Positions 62,189 through 64,000 of a DNA stretch of 64,000 nt are shown here, piece after piece. How positions within the stretch are numbered: the first letter of the stretch is position 1; each line of letters opens with the position of its first letter. Under the pieces are notes generated by a model. The model was not told the origin of the DNA and ran no database searches. It saw only the letters and a list, made by a program, of their open reading frames with translations. The position numbers and the translations under genes are program-made. Origin of the DNA: Takakia lepidozioides (Eukaryota; Plantae; Bryophyta); the NCBI GenBank assembly GCA_030704615.1, contig CM060731.1, positions 83,080,001-83,144,000 of the forward strand, given 5' to 3'.

Positions 62189-62947
62189 ATGGCGGATGAG
62201 GATGTCCCGGGGATACCCGAGGACTCGCATTCCCATATGCCTGAAACAGGCCTCCATATAGGCCAGTTTGATGACCTGTCCCAAGTGGCAATCGAGGGCA
62301 GAGTGTACAAAAGGGGGAACTGGTCAGTGTCCGATGTCATGTATCTCCAGACGTTCAGGCGGGCGGATATGGAGAATTTTCGTATAGGGGGCACGCATCC
62401 TCCAGCATCGCAAAGATGGCAGGCAAGCCTATTAAGACGGGATTAATGATTTACACACTCATTTGAGCAAAAAACTGGTGAACTATCTGCTCGAAGAGCT
62501 TAGGTTTTGTGTAAGCAATTGTGTGGAACATAAGATGCTATCAAACCAGCAAAGAAAGCCAACGGTTGTAAGGCCCAAAACGCAGACGAATTGACAACAC
62601 ATGAAACGTTTTTCACAATTATGTGACATAAAAATGACAAACCTTGGGAGGACTGTTGGCTGGACAGGCAATTGAAGAACAATGCTGGAGTGTCGACATC
62701 CATCGAAGCGCACAACAATGCCAGGACAAGTGGGAAGCCCTTGCAACAGAGTTCAGAAAGGTTGGCGACTACGAAAAGAGCGCCCATGGTGTGCACCTGT
62801 CCTACTGGCAAATGTCAAACGAGGACCGGAAAAAGATGAAGTTGCCAACCAATTTCCCCAAAGAGGTCTTCGCCGCCCTCGATGAATGGTTGGCCAAGGC
62901 CAGGCTCATTGCGCTTGCGGCTGGCGGATCACCAGGACCGGATCCAG
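62189..62947 (+). CDS. Trihelix (Myb/SANT-like, ASR3-type) protein, first two exons
   Basis: KRGNWSVSDVMYL...RWQ | AIEEQCW...RSAQQCQDKWEAL...SYWQMSNEDRKKMKLPTNF. Intron 62423-62667 is GC-AG; next donor at 62948. Downstream exons were not resolved. Confidence 0.7.
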
Positions 62948-64000
62948 GTATGGCACATGGCTTCTGCTGGCATGCAATATTTCCTTCTGGTGATAAAGTT
63001 TACTGCCTGGAAGCGTTTTCTTTCAAAGAACATAAAGTCCGATCTCAGCCCTATCTTGGGCCTGCATCCGAGAGACAGACACACTGTGCTTTCCCCACTA
63101 GCGTGACTTCAATGTGGATAAAGACGTAGTAGAGTGGAAAGGCAAAGTAGAAAGACAGATTCCAACGTACCTGAGCGCCAGACGCAACCATCCCACAGTG
63201 CGCCTTCCGTAGTTGCTCCACAAAGCCGCAGAGGCAGTGTGAGAGAGGGTCGGGCTTTTTAAGGGGTTTGCCGGCCACAGGGTTCGCCATAGCCGGTTGC
63301 ATGCAGCAAGCTCATGGGAACACGGAAAGACGCCCTGCATTTTAACCGGGAACAGAGAGCTTTGAGAACGTATAGGGAACTCGATCTTATACCGTAGCCG
63401 CCCGGGACCCGGTATTTAAAATCCCGGGTGCCCATCGATCCCACATGGGACCCGTTGCACGGCGCAGTGCAGCACGGGTTTGGGCTGCCCCCACCTCAGA
63501 ATGATCGACAGGGATGGCGGGCGGTTTGATCGTTGCATGGGCAGGACATCGATCGTCGCTGCGAAGATAGTGTTCCGTGCACGATATTCCATTTTGTTTG
63601 TGGAGGTCCTTGTCGGTGCACTGTGACCTAATCAGGTTCCTTAGTAACCTAGGACTCAGACATTAGGTTGGCGTACGGTGGTTGGAACTTGATAATCGTC
63701 CGATCTGACGGGGAGCGGATCGGGGCCGGTGAAAGGAAGAGATAAGAGATCTGATTATGTACGTTGGGCAAGATGATGGACCATTGGATTTTGGGCGACA
63801 GGCCAGGCCTTCTGTGGTAAAGAGCTGAGGGCGACTTCCTGTGAGAAGGTGGGTGGGGAACGCGCTTTGTCTTGTTCCCACAGTTAGGGTTTGAAGAATC
63901 TGAGGGACCCATCTTGCTGCTTGCAAGATCGAGTGATAGACATGGTGAAATTGAAGGGGATAGAGTGGCAACATGTAGTGGTGGTGAAGGAACCGGAGAA

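Noticed and set aside
63050-64000. Transposase or other gene on the minus strand at the window end
   Set aside because: No recognisable motif in any frame.

Overview
Eukaryotic nuclear DNA from a non-seed land plant (bryophyte/lycophyte/fern-like, inferred from gene content and intron style). Host genes: a 16-exon mitochondrial isovaleryl-CoA dehydrogenase (+, 1381-12698), a SKP2-like F-box/LRR gene (-, 52419-~57042) and a trihelix (ASR3-like) gene or fragment (+, ~62189 onward). Copies of one tail-less APE-RT LINE family sit in introns of the first two genes and upstream of the F-box gene, all inserted at the same ...GAGTACA-N-TCT junction. Between those two genes is a ~38 kb nested TE block (MULE, CACTA, Gypsy). 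The main discovery is two copies (27155-34980, truncated; 37786-~50283, complete) of a Ty3/Gypsy-type retroelement with four unusual properties. (i) Its polyprotein is gag-protease-C5 DNA methyltransferase-RT-RNaseH-DDE integrase-PHD finger. (ii) It has split direct repeats, A-internal-B-A-B, instead of normal LTRs, with a palindromic ...CA-GC-TG... junction inside the 3' repeat. (iii) Its primer-binding site is self-complementary rather than tRNA-type. (iv) It has a variable cargo slot holding different host-gene fragments in the two copies (squalene-hopene cyclase vs. acidic ribosomal P protein). All alignments were made by eye and no database searches were run.
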